A stretch of 64,000 nt of DNA, from assembly GCF_039920825.1 (NCBI RefSeq), contig NZ_JBDSCX010000003.1, positions 25,385 to 89,384 on the forward strand. Direction: 5' to 3'. How positions within the stretch are numbered: position 1 is the first letter of the stretch; each line of letters begins with the position of its first letter. The notes beneath the pieces were generated by a model that saw only the letters and a list, made by a program, of their open reading frames with translations, did no database searches and was not told the DNA's origin. The position numbers were made by a program, and so were the translations under genes. The stretch comes from Luteolibacter sp. (GTDB lineage: Bacteria > Verrucomicrobiota > Verrucomicrobiia > Verrucomicrobiales > Akkermansiaceae). Of the stretch, positions 16,789 through 25,259 are shown piece after piece.

Positions 16789-18627
16789 CTAACGTTCCTT
16801 CAAGGACTCCGTTTCTTCCGTGGGATCAGCGAGTGCGCTGATCACCGCCGCATGGGATTGCAGCAATGCAGAGTAAGCTGCTTCCTGTGCGGCGCTGATA
16901 CTACCGGTGCTGTAGGGATCCGGGCGGGCCTTCGCGGCTCGGTCCAAGGGCCGCAGCAGAGTTACCATGTCCTGCACTTGATCGACCAGTGCACGGTCCC
17001 CCTTGTCGGTATAGCGGAGCAGGTGTTCGATCTCGCTGCGGCAGGCTTCGAAACTGGTGCCGATGGCCTCCACTTCCGCCGGCAAGAAAGGAGTGTGGCC
17101 ATGCTTGACGAGCCATTCCATTGGCTCGATGGCCCGCCGGAGTTCGCTCACCAGTACCGGCCGAATGACGAAGATCGGCCGGTTTCCGGCACCCTGAATG
17201 GCCAGCATTCTCGCGGAGTAGTGGAAAGGTGCCGCCTGACCGATCTCGGCGAGCCGGCGGCGGATAAAGCTGTTAGCCACGTATTGTCCCAGCGGCTGGG
17301 TGCCCGCCTTTTCGCGGATTTCCTGGAACTGGGCCGAAATTTTCCCGAAGGCATCGTCCCGCGACTTGGCGGATAGCTCAAGGAGCTGTTGGAAATTCGC
17401 AGCCAGCAGGACTTCGTGATCCATGAAAAACCGCGGGTTCTCCATCGCCAGCATGGATGGCAGATAGGTGGCTGCCTCCGCTGGCAGGATCAGGCGTTTG
17501 CCAGTGCCGGTGCCGTTGCCCACCGCCCTGAGCTGCTCCCAGAATCCGGTTGGCAGCTTGAAGGCGCCCGTCGCATCGACCGAGCCGATGATGGTGGCGT
17601 CCGGTTCGCGTCCGGAAATCGCCGCGCTGGCCAGCACCGCGGTGGCGGCGCTGATGGATTGTTTTTTCTTGGATACGAGCGACGCTTCCAGTTCGGGGCT
17701 GTCAATGTGGACGGTGCATCCCACAGGAAGCTTGCCGTGCTGTTGGAGAAGCACGCGGAGAACGGGACCTGTTAGCGGTGTGAGCTGGCTTCCTTCCGCC
17801 GGTTTCCCCATCACGATGGAAAACGGCGCTTTGGCGGCATTTCCCTCGGGCGCCGACTCTGCCGTCATGTGTAGCGGTGCCAGTGTCAGAGCCCACTTCG
17901 CGTTTTCGGATTTGTCCGTCTGTCTCCAGAGCGGAGTCATGACGGTGGCATTGTTCAGGAGAATTCCGGGCTTCGCGATCGGCACCTTGGGACCTTCATC
18001 GTCAGGAGATTTGGTGGCCAGCGTCACCTCTTCATATGCGGCGGTCGCCGGGATCCAATCTGTCCATGCGCCGCCCTCGCCTTTTTCGAGAATATCCTTC
18101 GAGCGGGGATCCTGCGGATCGGAAATCACCACGACGTCCTTCAGACAAGCCGCGAGGGCCAGCCCGTCGGGCCCGGCTTCGGGCGATTCCAGCCAGCCGA
18201 TGGATTGCCAGATTCGCGCGCGGCTGTTCGCGGTTTTTTCCGTATCGGCGTCGGCATGGTGCTTCTCCTTTTCAAATGAATCGAGCAAGGCCCGGGCTTT
18301 CGTATTCGCAGGATCGAGGGCGATCGATAGGGCGAGCATTTGGGCTGCCCCGCGACGTTCCCGCGCGGTTCCACCGGCCATTCCGTCAGCAAGATTCGTG
18401 AGCTGTGCCGACAATTTTGCCATCGTATCGACGTCCAGCGGTACCCGGTCGCGGCGGAAAGCCACTGGTCCTTCCGCGGGCTGCGCGAAATTTCCGGCAA
18501 TCAACGGAACTGCGGTTCCTGCCAGCAGCCATGCGATCATCAGCAAATGGAATTTTCGTTGAAACACTTTAAGTAATGTAAAGCAACCGATACGCCGACC
18601 CACAAGCGAAGATTGCAGATCCGTCAC
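16789..18627 (-). CDS. Secreted hypothetical protein with degenerate Lon (S16)-like protease domain
   Basis: QSISAATAVLASAAISGREPDATIIGSVDATGAFKLPTGFWEQLRA...RLILP resembles the Lon proteolytic core. Real start may be ATG 18540 (MIAWLLAG). Confidence 0.6.
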   Translation of the reverse strand: MTDLQSSLVGRRIGCFTLLKVFQRKFHLLMIAWLLAGTAVPLIAGNFAQPAEGPVAFRRDRVPLDVDTMAKLSAQLTNLADGMAGGTARERRGAAQMLALSIALDPANTKARALLDSFEKEKHHADADTEKTANSRARIWQSIGWLESPEAGPDGLALAACLKDVVVISDPQDPRSKDILEKGEGGAWTDWIPATAAYEEVTLATKSPDDEGPKVPIAKPGILLNNATVMTPLWRQTDKSENAKWALTLAPLHMTAESAPEGNAAKAPFSIVMGKPAEGSQLTPLTGPVLRVLLQQHGKLPVGCTVHIDSPELEASLVSKKKQSISAATAVLASAAISGREPDATIIGSVDATGAFKLPTGFWEQLRAVGNGTGTGKRLILPAEAATYLPSMLAMENPRFFMDHEVLLAANFQQLLELSAKSRDDAFGKISAQFQEIREKAGTQPLGQYVANSFIRRRLAEIGQAAPFHYSARMLAIQGAGNRPIFVIRPVLVSELRRAIEPMEWLVKHGHTPFLPAEVEAIGTSFEACRSEIEHLLRYTDKGDRALVDQVQDMVTLLRPLDRAAKARPDPYSTGSISAAQEAAYSALLQSHAAVISALADPTEETESLKER

Positions 18628-18647
18628 AGTTGCAGCAAAATCGAGCC

Positions 18648-19058
18648 ATGCCCGACAGCATCCCGACCCACGAAACCCGCGAGGAAGTCATGTTCTTCGA
18701 CACCGATTGCGGTGGCGTCGTCCACAACATCGCCTACCTGCGGATGATCGAAACCTGCCGCACCCGCCTCGCTGCCAAACTCGGAATGGATCTCCGCACC
18801 ATGTCCGAAACCAGCATCTATCCGGTCGTGACCCGCACCGAGATCGACTACAAGCGCCCGGCCAAACTCGGCGACTGGCTCGTCATTCGCGGCCGCCTCG
18901 GTGAAATCACCAAGGCCCGATTCTGGTGCATCTTCGAAATGACTCGCGAGGCCGACGGCGCACTCCTCGTTAACGCCCGCCAGTCGCTCGCACTCGTTCA
19001 GATGCCGGAAGGAAAGCCTCTGCGCCTGCCCAAAGAATGGGCGGAGCAGTGGGGGTGA
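18648..19058 (+). CDS. Acyl-CoA thioesterase (4HBT/YbgC family)
   Basis: FFDTDCGGVVHNIAYLRMIETCR, EIDYKRPAKLGD. Confidence 0.92.
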   Translation: MPDSIPTHETREEVMFFDTDCGGVVHNIAYLRMIETCRTRLAAKLGMDLRTMSETSIYPVVTRTEIDYKRPAKLGDWLVIRGRLGEITKARFWCIFEMTREADGALLVNARQSLALVQMPEGKPLRLPKEWAEQWG

Positions 19059-19102
19059 GTGTGCTTGCCGGACAGGTGGGCACGCCTTCCGCACCCGTTT
19101 AC

Positions 19103-19134
19103 AAAAAACACGGGCACCATGCGGTACCCGTGTT
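19103..19134 (-). terminator. Rho-independent terminator for the YXWGXW gene
   Basis: aacacggg-c-acc-atgc-ggt-a-cccgtgtt hairpin with an A-run on the left (U-tract on the - strand). Confidence 0.65.
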
Positions 19135-19167
19135 GGGAAGTCAGGTCATGATCGACGTGCTAAGTTC

Positions 19168-21396
19168 TTAGCCGTCCTTCTGCTTTTTTTTCCGGTCCTC
19201 CTCATCTTTGGTTTCCTCGGAAGTGGAGGCTGGTTTGGCCTTCTTTCCTGTTGGTGAGGCAGTAGGTTTGGGTTGTGTGTTTTTCCGGGCGACCTGCGCC
19301 TCGGGTTTCGGAGCTTGTTGACGTTGCGGTTGGGCTTGAGTGGCCGGCTTGCGCTCGGTGTGTTGAGCCACAGGTTGGTGATTCATCTTGCGGTCGGGAG
19401 CCGCCGAGGATTCGCGATTATCGTCAGGATTCTTTGCCTTCTTCTTTTCTGACTCCGGCTTGCGTTCCGGAGCTGGCTCGGCTTTGGGTTTTGGAGCGGG
19501 AGTTGCCTTGCGTTCAGGAGTTGGTTCAGCCTGCCGTTTTGGAGCGGGCGTTGCTTTGTGTTCCGGAGTTGGCGAGTCCTGACGATTTCCTTCGGGCTTG
19601 GCCTTTCGCTCAGGTGTTGGATCAGCTTCATGTTTTGGCGCGGGCGTTTCCTTCCGTTCGGTGTCTGGATTGGCTTCACGTTTCTGGCCGGGTTTGGTTC
19701 GGGTTTCCTCGGCGGGATTGGATTTCTCTTTGGCACCGGGTTCACCCTTGGTTTCGGTGTTTGGATTGGCCTCACGCTTCTGGCCGGGCTTCGTCCGGGT
19801 TTCTTCGGCGGGATTGGATTTCTCTTTGGCACCGGGTTCACCCGTGGTTTCGGTGTTTGGATTGGCCTCACGCTTCTGGCCGGGCTTGGTCCGGGTCTCC
19901 TCGACGGGTTCGGATTTTCCCTTGCCACGAGGCTCTCCCTCACGATCGGCGTTTTCCTTCGTCTTCGGTTTTGCCGGATCCTCGCGGTCGGCTTTCGCTA
20001 CTTTGCCATTCTTGCCGGATGGCTCGTCAGCTTGGTCCTTTTCAGACATCCGTGGCTGCAATCTTTCCGGCGGTCCACCGTCTTTGTCGGAGCGATCGGA
20101 TTTCCGTGAGGCAACCGGCGAGCGGTCGATTTTCTGGCGGGTCACCTGGCCTTTGTCGTTGTCTCCGCCTTTCGCACGGTCGCCGGTGGTTTCAAGTTGC
20201 TCACGCTCCTTGCCGAATTTGCGGATTTCCTGTCTTTGTGAGACGAAACGTTCGCGTTCTTTCTGACCAACCGCTTGGAAACGCTGATCGCCTTCGCCGT
20301 GTTTACCTACGACCCGGTCGAAACGATCGGCCACGCCGAAATCCCCACGGGCACGATCCTCTTGAGAACGGTTGTTCAACTCAGCCCAAGTGCGGGGCGG
20401 GCGGGCATCCGCATGATCGCGGCGGTATTCGAAATATTCTTGGCGGTGGCGGTCCCAGTTCCGGTCGTTACGGTTTTCCCAGCGATAGTGCGCATAGATC
20501 GGATCATAACCGCGGTAACCGGAGTTATAGGAATATGAGGCGAAAAATCCACGGTCGCGGTATCTTGGTTCATAGTAGTCGCCGAAGTAATAGTGGCCGT
20601 AGTTGGGTCTGAGGAACAGATGGTTCGAGAAGACGGAAAGGGCGATCACTGTTAGCGGCGAGTAGTAGAAGTCGGGACGCGAAATATAGGCCCGGTTGAA
20701 ATGAACCGGTGCGAAAACGACTCCGCGTCGGGCGACCGGATAGTCCCAATAACCGTCCACATATACATAACCGCGATGGGTCCACCGATAGTAGGCAGGC
20801 GTCCACGCCCAATTTTCGCGGGCCTCGACCCAATATCCGGCCCGCCAAGCGTAGCGGTCGTTCCGATAGGCCCAGTTGCCTGGAATCCATGTCTGATTGT
20901 CGGAAGCGGCTACGATGTTAGGTCCCGATTCGACACTGCGTGGCGGCTCGGGCAGATAAGAAACCGTGGCGGCTTGCTCATCCTCCCAGTAGCCTGAAGT
21001 CCATTGGTGCCGACCTTCGGTTTCGGCCCAGTAACCGGGAACCCATTCGCGGCCCGGCGGCAGATTCCGCCAAATGCCACTCACCCATAGAAAGTCGTTT
21101 TGATCCTCATCCCATGCCCAATACCCCGGAATCCATGCGACATTGTCTCCGACCGGCCGTTGTTCAGGCGGAACTTCCTCGATCAGCGCGGGCGGCGCTT
21201 GGTCGACTATGATCCCTGCTTCAGGATTGAAACTGACGGTTCCGGCGAATGCCTCATGCACCGGCCCCCGCGTCAGGACTTCGGCTCCGGGTGGGTTTTC
21301 GGCTTGTTGGGCAAATCCGATGCCCGAGCCGAGTATCGTTGCTCCCATCGCCATAGCGGCGAGGGCTCTTGTTATACTATATTGATGTGTATTCAT
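19168..21396 (-). CDS. Secreted YXWGXW-repeat protein with long charged, Pro-rich disordered tail
   Basis: Signal peptide. WIPGYW, WVSGIW, WVPGYW, WTSGYW, WIPGNW, WRAGYW, YVDGYW repeats. Low-complexity C-terminal half. Confidence 0.88.
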   Translation of the reverse strand: MNTHQYSITRALAAMAMGATILGSGIGFAQQAENPPGAEVLTRGPVHEAFAGTVSFNPEAGIIVDQAPPALIEEVPPEQRPVGDNVAWIPGYWAWDEDQNDFLWVSGIWRNLPPGREWVPGYWAETEGRHQWTSGYWEDEQAATVSYLPEPPRSVESGPNIVAASDNQTWIPGNWAYRNDRYAWRAGYWVEARENWAWTPAYYRWTHRGYVYVDGYWDYPVARRGVVFAPVHFNRAYISRPDFYYSPLTVIALSVFSNHLFLRPNYGHYYFGDYYEPRYRDRGFFASYSYNSGYRGYDPIYAHYRWENRNDRNWDRHRQEYFEYRRDHADARPPRTWAELNNRSQEDRARGDFGVADRFDRVVGKHGEGDQRFQAVGQKERERFVSQRQEIRKFGKEREQLETTGDRAKGGDNDKGQVTRQKIDRSPVASRKSDRSDKDGGPPERLQPRMSEKDQADEPSGKNGKVAKADREDPAKPKTKENADREGEPRGKGKSEPVEETRTKPGQKREANPNTETTGEPGAKEKSNPAEETRTKPGQKREANPNTETKGEPGAKEKSNPAEETRTKPGQKREANPDTERKETPAPKHEADPTPERKAKPEGNRQDSPTPEHKATPAPKRQAEPTPERKATPAPKPKAEPAPERKPESEKKKAKNPDDNRESSAAPDRKMNHQPVAQHTERKPATQAQPQRQQAPKPEAQVARKNTQPKPTASPTGKKAKPASTSEETKDEEDRKKKQKDG
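19660..19912. repeat. 96-bp tandem repeat (~2.7 copies) inside the YXWGXW gene
   Basis: ggattggc(t/c)tcacg(t/c)ttctggccggg recurs near 19667, 19763 and 19859. It encodes EETRTKPGQKREANPNTET(T/K)GEPGAKEKSNPA. Confidence 0.92.
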
Positions 21397-21607
21397 CTTG
21401 TGTCATTGGTTGGCTTTCTCAAATAGAGACGGGAGGGTCCGCTGATTGATTCAATATATTCCTCCATGGAGAATGGATTCGCAAATCAATCGCGATGGAT
21501 TCGCGAATTGCGCGATTTCAACGCACATTGCACGACGCTCCGGAACGGTCGTCATGTCCCGGCGGACGCGAGCTGATAGATGATGGGCCCGCTGCGGGGC
21601 ATTTGTC

Positions 21608-23170
21608 TTACGCCATCGGCACTTCGCTCGCCGCGGCATCGGCAAGCGGTTCGTCACGATCCCCCCAACTGCGCCAGCCTTCTTTCAATTCGAGGGCAGC
21701 CCACTTGGCGAGCATGGGGAAGAACGTCAGCATGTTGCCGCGGTTCAGCTTGAAGCCGGGAATCAGGCAGCGGTTGCCGCGGTTCGTCATTCCTAACCGT
21801 CCTTCCTTGCGACGGCGGCGCGCGATCTGCGCGAAGCGGCGGTTATAAGTGCCCATCAGCGCGGCGAAAATTTTTCCGCTCGGCGGAGAGAACGGCGGAT
21901 AGTGGAGGGCGGTTTCCCCGGTGTTGAACGGCACCTCGACGACGCCCCAGTAGTAGAGTCCGAGGTCCATGTTAAAGGCCAGGCTCATGAGGTCGTATTC
22001 GCCCATGTATTCGTACTTGTCCTTGTAGAGCGAGGTGAACCAACGGCGATGGCTGATGGAAAAATCACGGTTATACTTTTCGTAAGTTTCCGCCGTGTTC
22101 ATTCCCTTGCGCTGTTGCGTGATGAGATTGGCCGCGCTGCTGGTGGTGAAGGAGATCCAGTCCATGCCCGGACTGTAGAACGGGTCCATGAATGCGGCGG
22201 CGTCGCCTACTAACACAAATCCGTCACCGGCGAAGGTGGTGCTGTAATAGGCGAGATTTTTCCGCCAGAGCTGGTCGTCCTCGTGGTAAGTCGCATCGAC
22301 GAGCATTTCCTTTCCAACAGGGTGCTCCATCAGGAACGCCTTCACCCGGTCGCCGATGCTGCCGCCGTCTTTCGGGAAATCGACAAGACGTTGGTCCCAT
22401 ACGACACCGACGCTAACATCTCCCCCCTTGAGAGGAATCCACCAACTCCACCAGCCGTCGCCGATGATGTGGTTCGTCGCGGTATTGCGCATGCCGTAAA
22501 CCGCCTTCGACCATTCGGGAAATTTCAATGCCAGCTCGCGGCTGTCCCAATCCTTCACACCGCTCCAACGCGACCAAGCCGCCGCGGTTGGATGCTCGGT
22601 GTTGGATTTCCACCAGCCTTCCTTGCGAGCCAACATGGCGGCAAGTCCGGAGCCATCGACGACCCAGCGCGCGGTGACGGTCTGCCGCTTTTCACCGTAG
22701 CGAACTTCCATCGTTTGTTCGCCGCCGGGGTTGAGCTGGATTTTCGAAACGGTCGCAGGGCGTAAAATGGTAGCTCCGGCCTCAACCGCGCGACGCAGCA
22801 CTTCCTCATCGAAGGCCGCGCGGTCGAGTTGGAAGGACGGGATTCGTGATAGATATTTCGCACCGAGTTCGCTGGCCTCGTCGAGCGATTTCACCTGATC
22901 GTTCTTGAACCAAAAGCGTAGACCCTGCTTCACGAGATGGTTCTCGTTGAGATATTGCGTCATTCCTAACACCCGGCACATGAAGAATCCGCTGATTTCC
23001 ACCGTCGCCTCGCCCACCCGGCGGGTGAGCTTCTCCGTTTTTTCCACGATGAGCACGCGGATGCCGGGATTCTGCCGGATCAACAGCGTGGCCGTGGCCG
23101 CACCGGAAAGCGCGCCGCCGATCACGACGACGTCGTAGCTCGCGGTTTCGGGAAAACTCTCGGAATTCAT
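21608..23170 (-). CDS. FAD-dependent oxidoreductase, flavin-dependent halogenase family
   Basis: YDVVVIGGALSG, VGEATV, LVKQGLRFWF, WSWWIPL, GDAAAFMDPFYSPG. Start MNSES at 23170. Confidence 0.82.
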   Translation of the reverse strand: MNSESFPETASYDVVVIGGALSGAATATLLIRQNPGIRVLIVEKTEKLTRRVGEATVEISGFFMCRVLGMTQYLNENHLVKQGLRFWFKNDQVKSLDEASELGAKYLSRIPSFQLDRAAFDEEVLRRAVEAGATILRPATVSKIQLNPGGEQTMEVRYGEKRQTVTARWVVDGSGLAAMLARKEGWWKSNTEHPTAAAWSRWSGVKDWDSRELALKFPEWSKAVYGMRNTATNHIIGDGWWSWWIPLKGGDVSVGVVWDQRLVDFPKDGGSIGDRVKAFLMEHPVGKEMLVDATYHEDDQLWRKNLAYYSTTFAGDGFVLVGDAAAFMDPFYSPGMDWISFTTSSAANLITQQRKGMNTAETYEKYNRDFSISHRRWFTSLYKDKYEYMGEYDLMSLAFNMDLGLYYWGVVEVPFNTGETALHYPPFSPPSGKIFAALMGTYNRRFAQIARRRRKEGRLGMTNRGNRCLIPGFKLNRGNMLTFFPMLAKWAALELKEGWRSWGDRDEPLADAAASEVPMA

Positions 23171-23264
23171 TGCAGCGATATTTCGCCCGATCCGGCCGAA
23201 ATGCAATCCCCGCAGTCAAACAAGCGGTTGCGTGGAAATCGGGATTCTTGCACAGTGCGCCCGC

Positions 23265-24545
23265 ATGCCAGCCACTGAAGCCACGACTTCCGCCGCAGAA
23301 CATTGGGACGCCATCATCATCGGTGGCGGCCCGGCCGGTTCGACGGCGGCGTCCACTCTGGCGATGGCGGGACGGCGTGTGCTGGTTTTGGAAAAGGCGA
23401 AATTCCCGCGCTTCCACATCGGTGAGTCACTGCTGCCCTATAACCGCAAAATTTTCGACGATCTCGGCGTCTGGGAAAAAATCGCGGGCGCGGGGTTCAC
23501 GAAAAAACGGGCCGCGCAGTTCGTCATGGGCAACGGCTCGCGCGCCAACCGTTTGGATTTTTCCAAAGGCTCGTTCACCGAATACCCGGAAGCCGTGCAG
23601 GTCGAGCGGGCGAAATTCGACGACATTCTGCTCCACCATTCGCGGGAAAAAGGCGCCGCAGTCCGCGAGGAAAGCACCGTAATCGAACACCGCGTCGAAG
23701 CGGACCGCGTCGTGATCAAATACCGCGCGGTGGACGGATCGGAACACGAAGTGACCGCGCCTTATCTGATCGATGCCAGCGGCCTGACCAATTTCACCGC
23801 GAACCGCGAGTCGTTGCGCGAATATTATCCGGGCCACAAGAAGATCGCGATCTTCAGCCACTTCTCCGGCATCGACATGCCGACCGGCGAGGAGGAAGGC
23901 GACATCCTCATTGTAAGGCGCGAGAAATCGTGGTGCTGGCTAATTCCGTTAGCTCCGGACAAGACCAGCGTCGGCCTCGTCATTGATGCCGGAGATTTCA
24001 AAGCGCTGGGGAAAAAACCGCAGGAAGTTTTTGATGAAGCGATGGCGGACACCCCGGCGATCAGCAAGCGCTTCGGGAACGCGCGGATTTCTGAGGAAAT
24101 GCACGTCGTCGCGGATTTCTCCTACAAGAACGAGACGTTGGTTTCCCCGCGCGTCATCCGCGTCGGTGATTCCTCGGGTTTCATCGATCCGATGTTTTCC
24201 AGCGGAGTGCTGTTAGCCATGACCAGCGGCCAGCAGGGCGCGCGGGTCATCCATGAGGCTCTTGAGACCCGCAAGCCCCTAACCGCCGGCATGAAGCGCT
24301 ACGAAAAAGACAACCGCAAGCGCATCGCCATCTACTGGGAGTTCATCGACAATTTCTACAAATTCCACTTCGCCCAAATTTTTTTCCAGCCCTACAACCG
24401 TTGGGGACTGGTCTGCTCGATCAACGCCGTGCTCGCGGGCCGCACGACCCTATCCTTCGCCGTCTGGTGGCGCCTGCGCGTCTTTTTCTTCCTCGCCTGG
24501 TTGAACAAACACATCCCGGTGGCGAAGCGGATCAAGGTGAGTTGA
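23265..24545 (+). CDS. FAD-dependent halogenase family protein
   Basis: IIGGGPAG, FPRFHIGESLLP, GFTKKRAAQF, WCWLIPL, GDSSGFIDPMFSSGV. Start MPATE at 23265. Confidence 0.88.
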   Translation: MPATEATTSAAEHWDAIIIGGGPAGSTAASTLAMAGRRVLVLEKAKFPRFHIGESLLPYNRKIFDDLGVWEKIAGAGFTKKRAAQFVMGNGSRANRLDFSKGSFTEYPEAVQVERAKFDDILLHHSREKGAAVREESTVIEHRVEADRVVIKYRAVDGSEHEVTAPYLIDASGLTNFTANRESLREYYPGHKKIAIFSHFSGIDMPTGEEEGDILIVRREKSWCWLIPLAPDKTSVGLVIDAGDFKALGKKPQEVFDEAMADTPAISKRFGNARISEEMHVVADFSYKNETLVSPRVIRVGDSSGFIDPMFSSGVLLAMTSGQQGARVIHEALETRKPLTAGMKRYEKDNRKRIAIYWEFIDNFYKFHFAQIFFQPYNRWGLVCSINAVLAGRTTLSFAVWWRLRVFFFLAWLNKHIPVAKRIKVS

Positions 24546-24605
24546 ACAAGGCGATTCCGCCACGTTTTGCCTTGAAAGCTTGGGCAGGGAAGACAACTTG
24601 GGAGG

Positions 24606-25259
24606 ATGAATCCAAACCCAAGTTTCCTAACCGCCATTTTCGCCGCGGCCTGTTCTTTAACCACTGCCTTCGCGGAAATCCCGACGGCGAAAACCTCTCT
24701 CTTCAATGGCAAGGACACCGCAGGTTGGGTTTCCTTTCTGAAAAACAACGCTCCGGCGGATCAGACATGGTCCGTGAAAGACGGACTGCTTGTCTGCACC
24801 GGCTCGCCAGGCGGATTTCTGCGGACGGAGAAAAGCTACGAACAATACAAGTTCACCGTGGAATGGCGTTTCACCAAACCCGGCAATACCGGCGTCGTCG
24901 TCCACATGACGCCGCCCGACGCGGTCTGGCCGAAGAGCATCGAGTGCCAGGGCATGAACAAGAGCCAGGGCGATTTCTATCTCTGGTCCGGTGCCACCGC
25001 CGCGAACACCACGCCGCTGAAGGACAAGGAAGGCAAGATCTTCGGCTACCGGATCGGCCGTGCCGGAGAAGACGCGGAAAAACCTTCCGGTGAATGGAAC
25101 ACCTTCACCGTCATCTGCGACAAGGACGCCGTGACCATCTTCGTCAACGGCAAGGAAGTGAACAAACTCACCGGCGCGAACCTAACATCCGGCTTCATCG
25201 GTCTTCAGTCCGAGGGCGGCGCCTTCGAAGTGAAGCAGGCGGTGATCGAGCCGCTTTAA
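24606..25259 (+). CDS. DUF1080 (3-keto-disaccharide hydrolase) domain protein, secreted
   Basis: SLFNGKDTAGW, WSVKDG, GEWNTFTV, GFIGLQSEG. Confidence 0.9.
   Translation: MNPNPSFLTAIFAAACSLTTAFAEIPTAKTSLFNGKDTAGWVSFLKNNAPADQTWSVKDGLLVCTGSPGGFLRTEKSYEQYKFTVEWRFTKPGNTGVVVHMTPPDAVWPKSIECQGMNKSQGDFYLWSGATAANTTPLKDKEGKIFGYRIGRAGEDAEKPSGEWNTFTVICDKDAVTIFVNGKEVNKLTGANLTSGFIGLQSEGGAFEVKQAVIEPL

Noticed and set aside
21473-21504. 10-bp direct repeat atggattcgc x2
   Set aside because: Too short and isolated to distinguish from chance.
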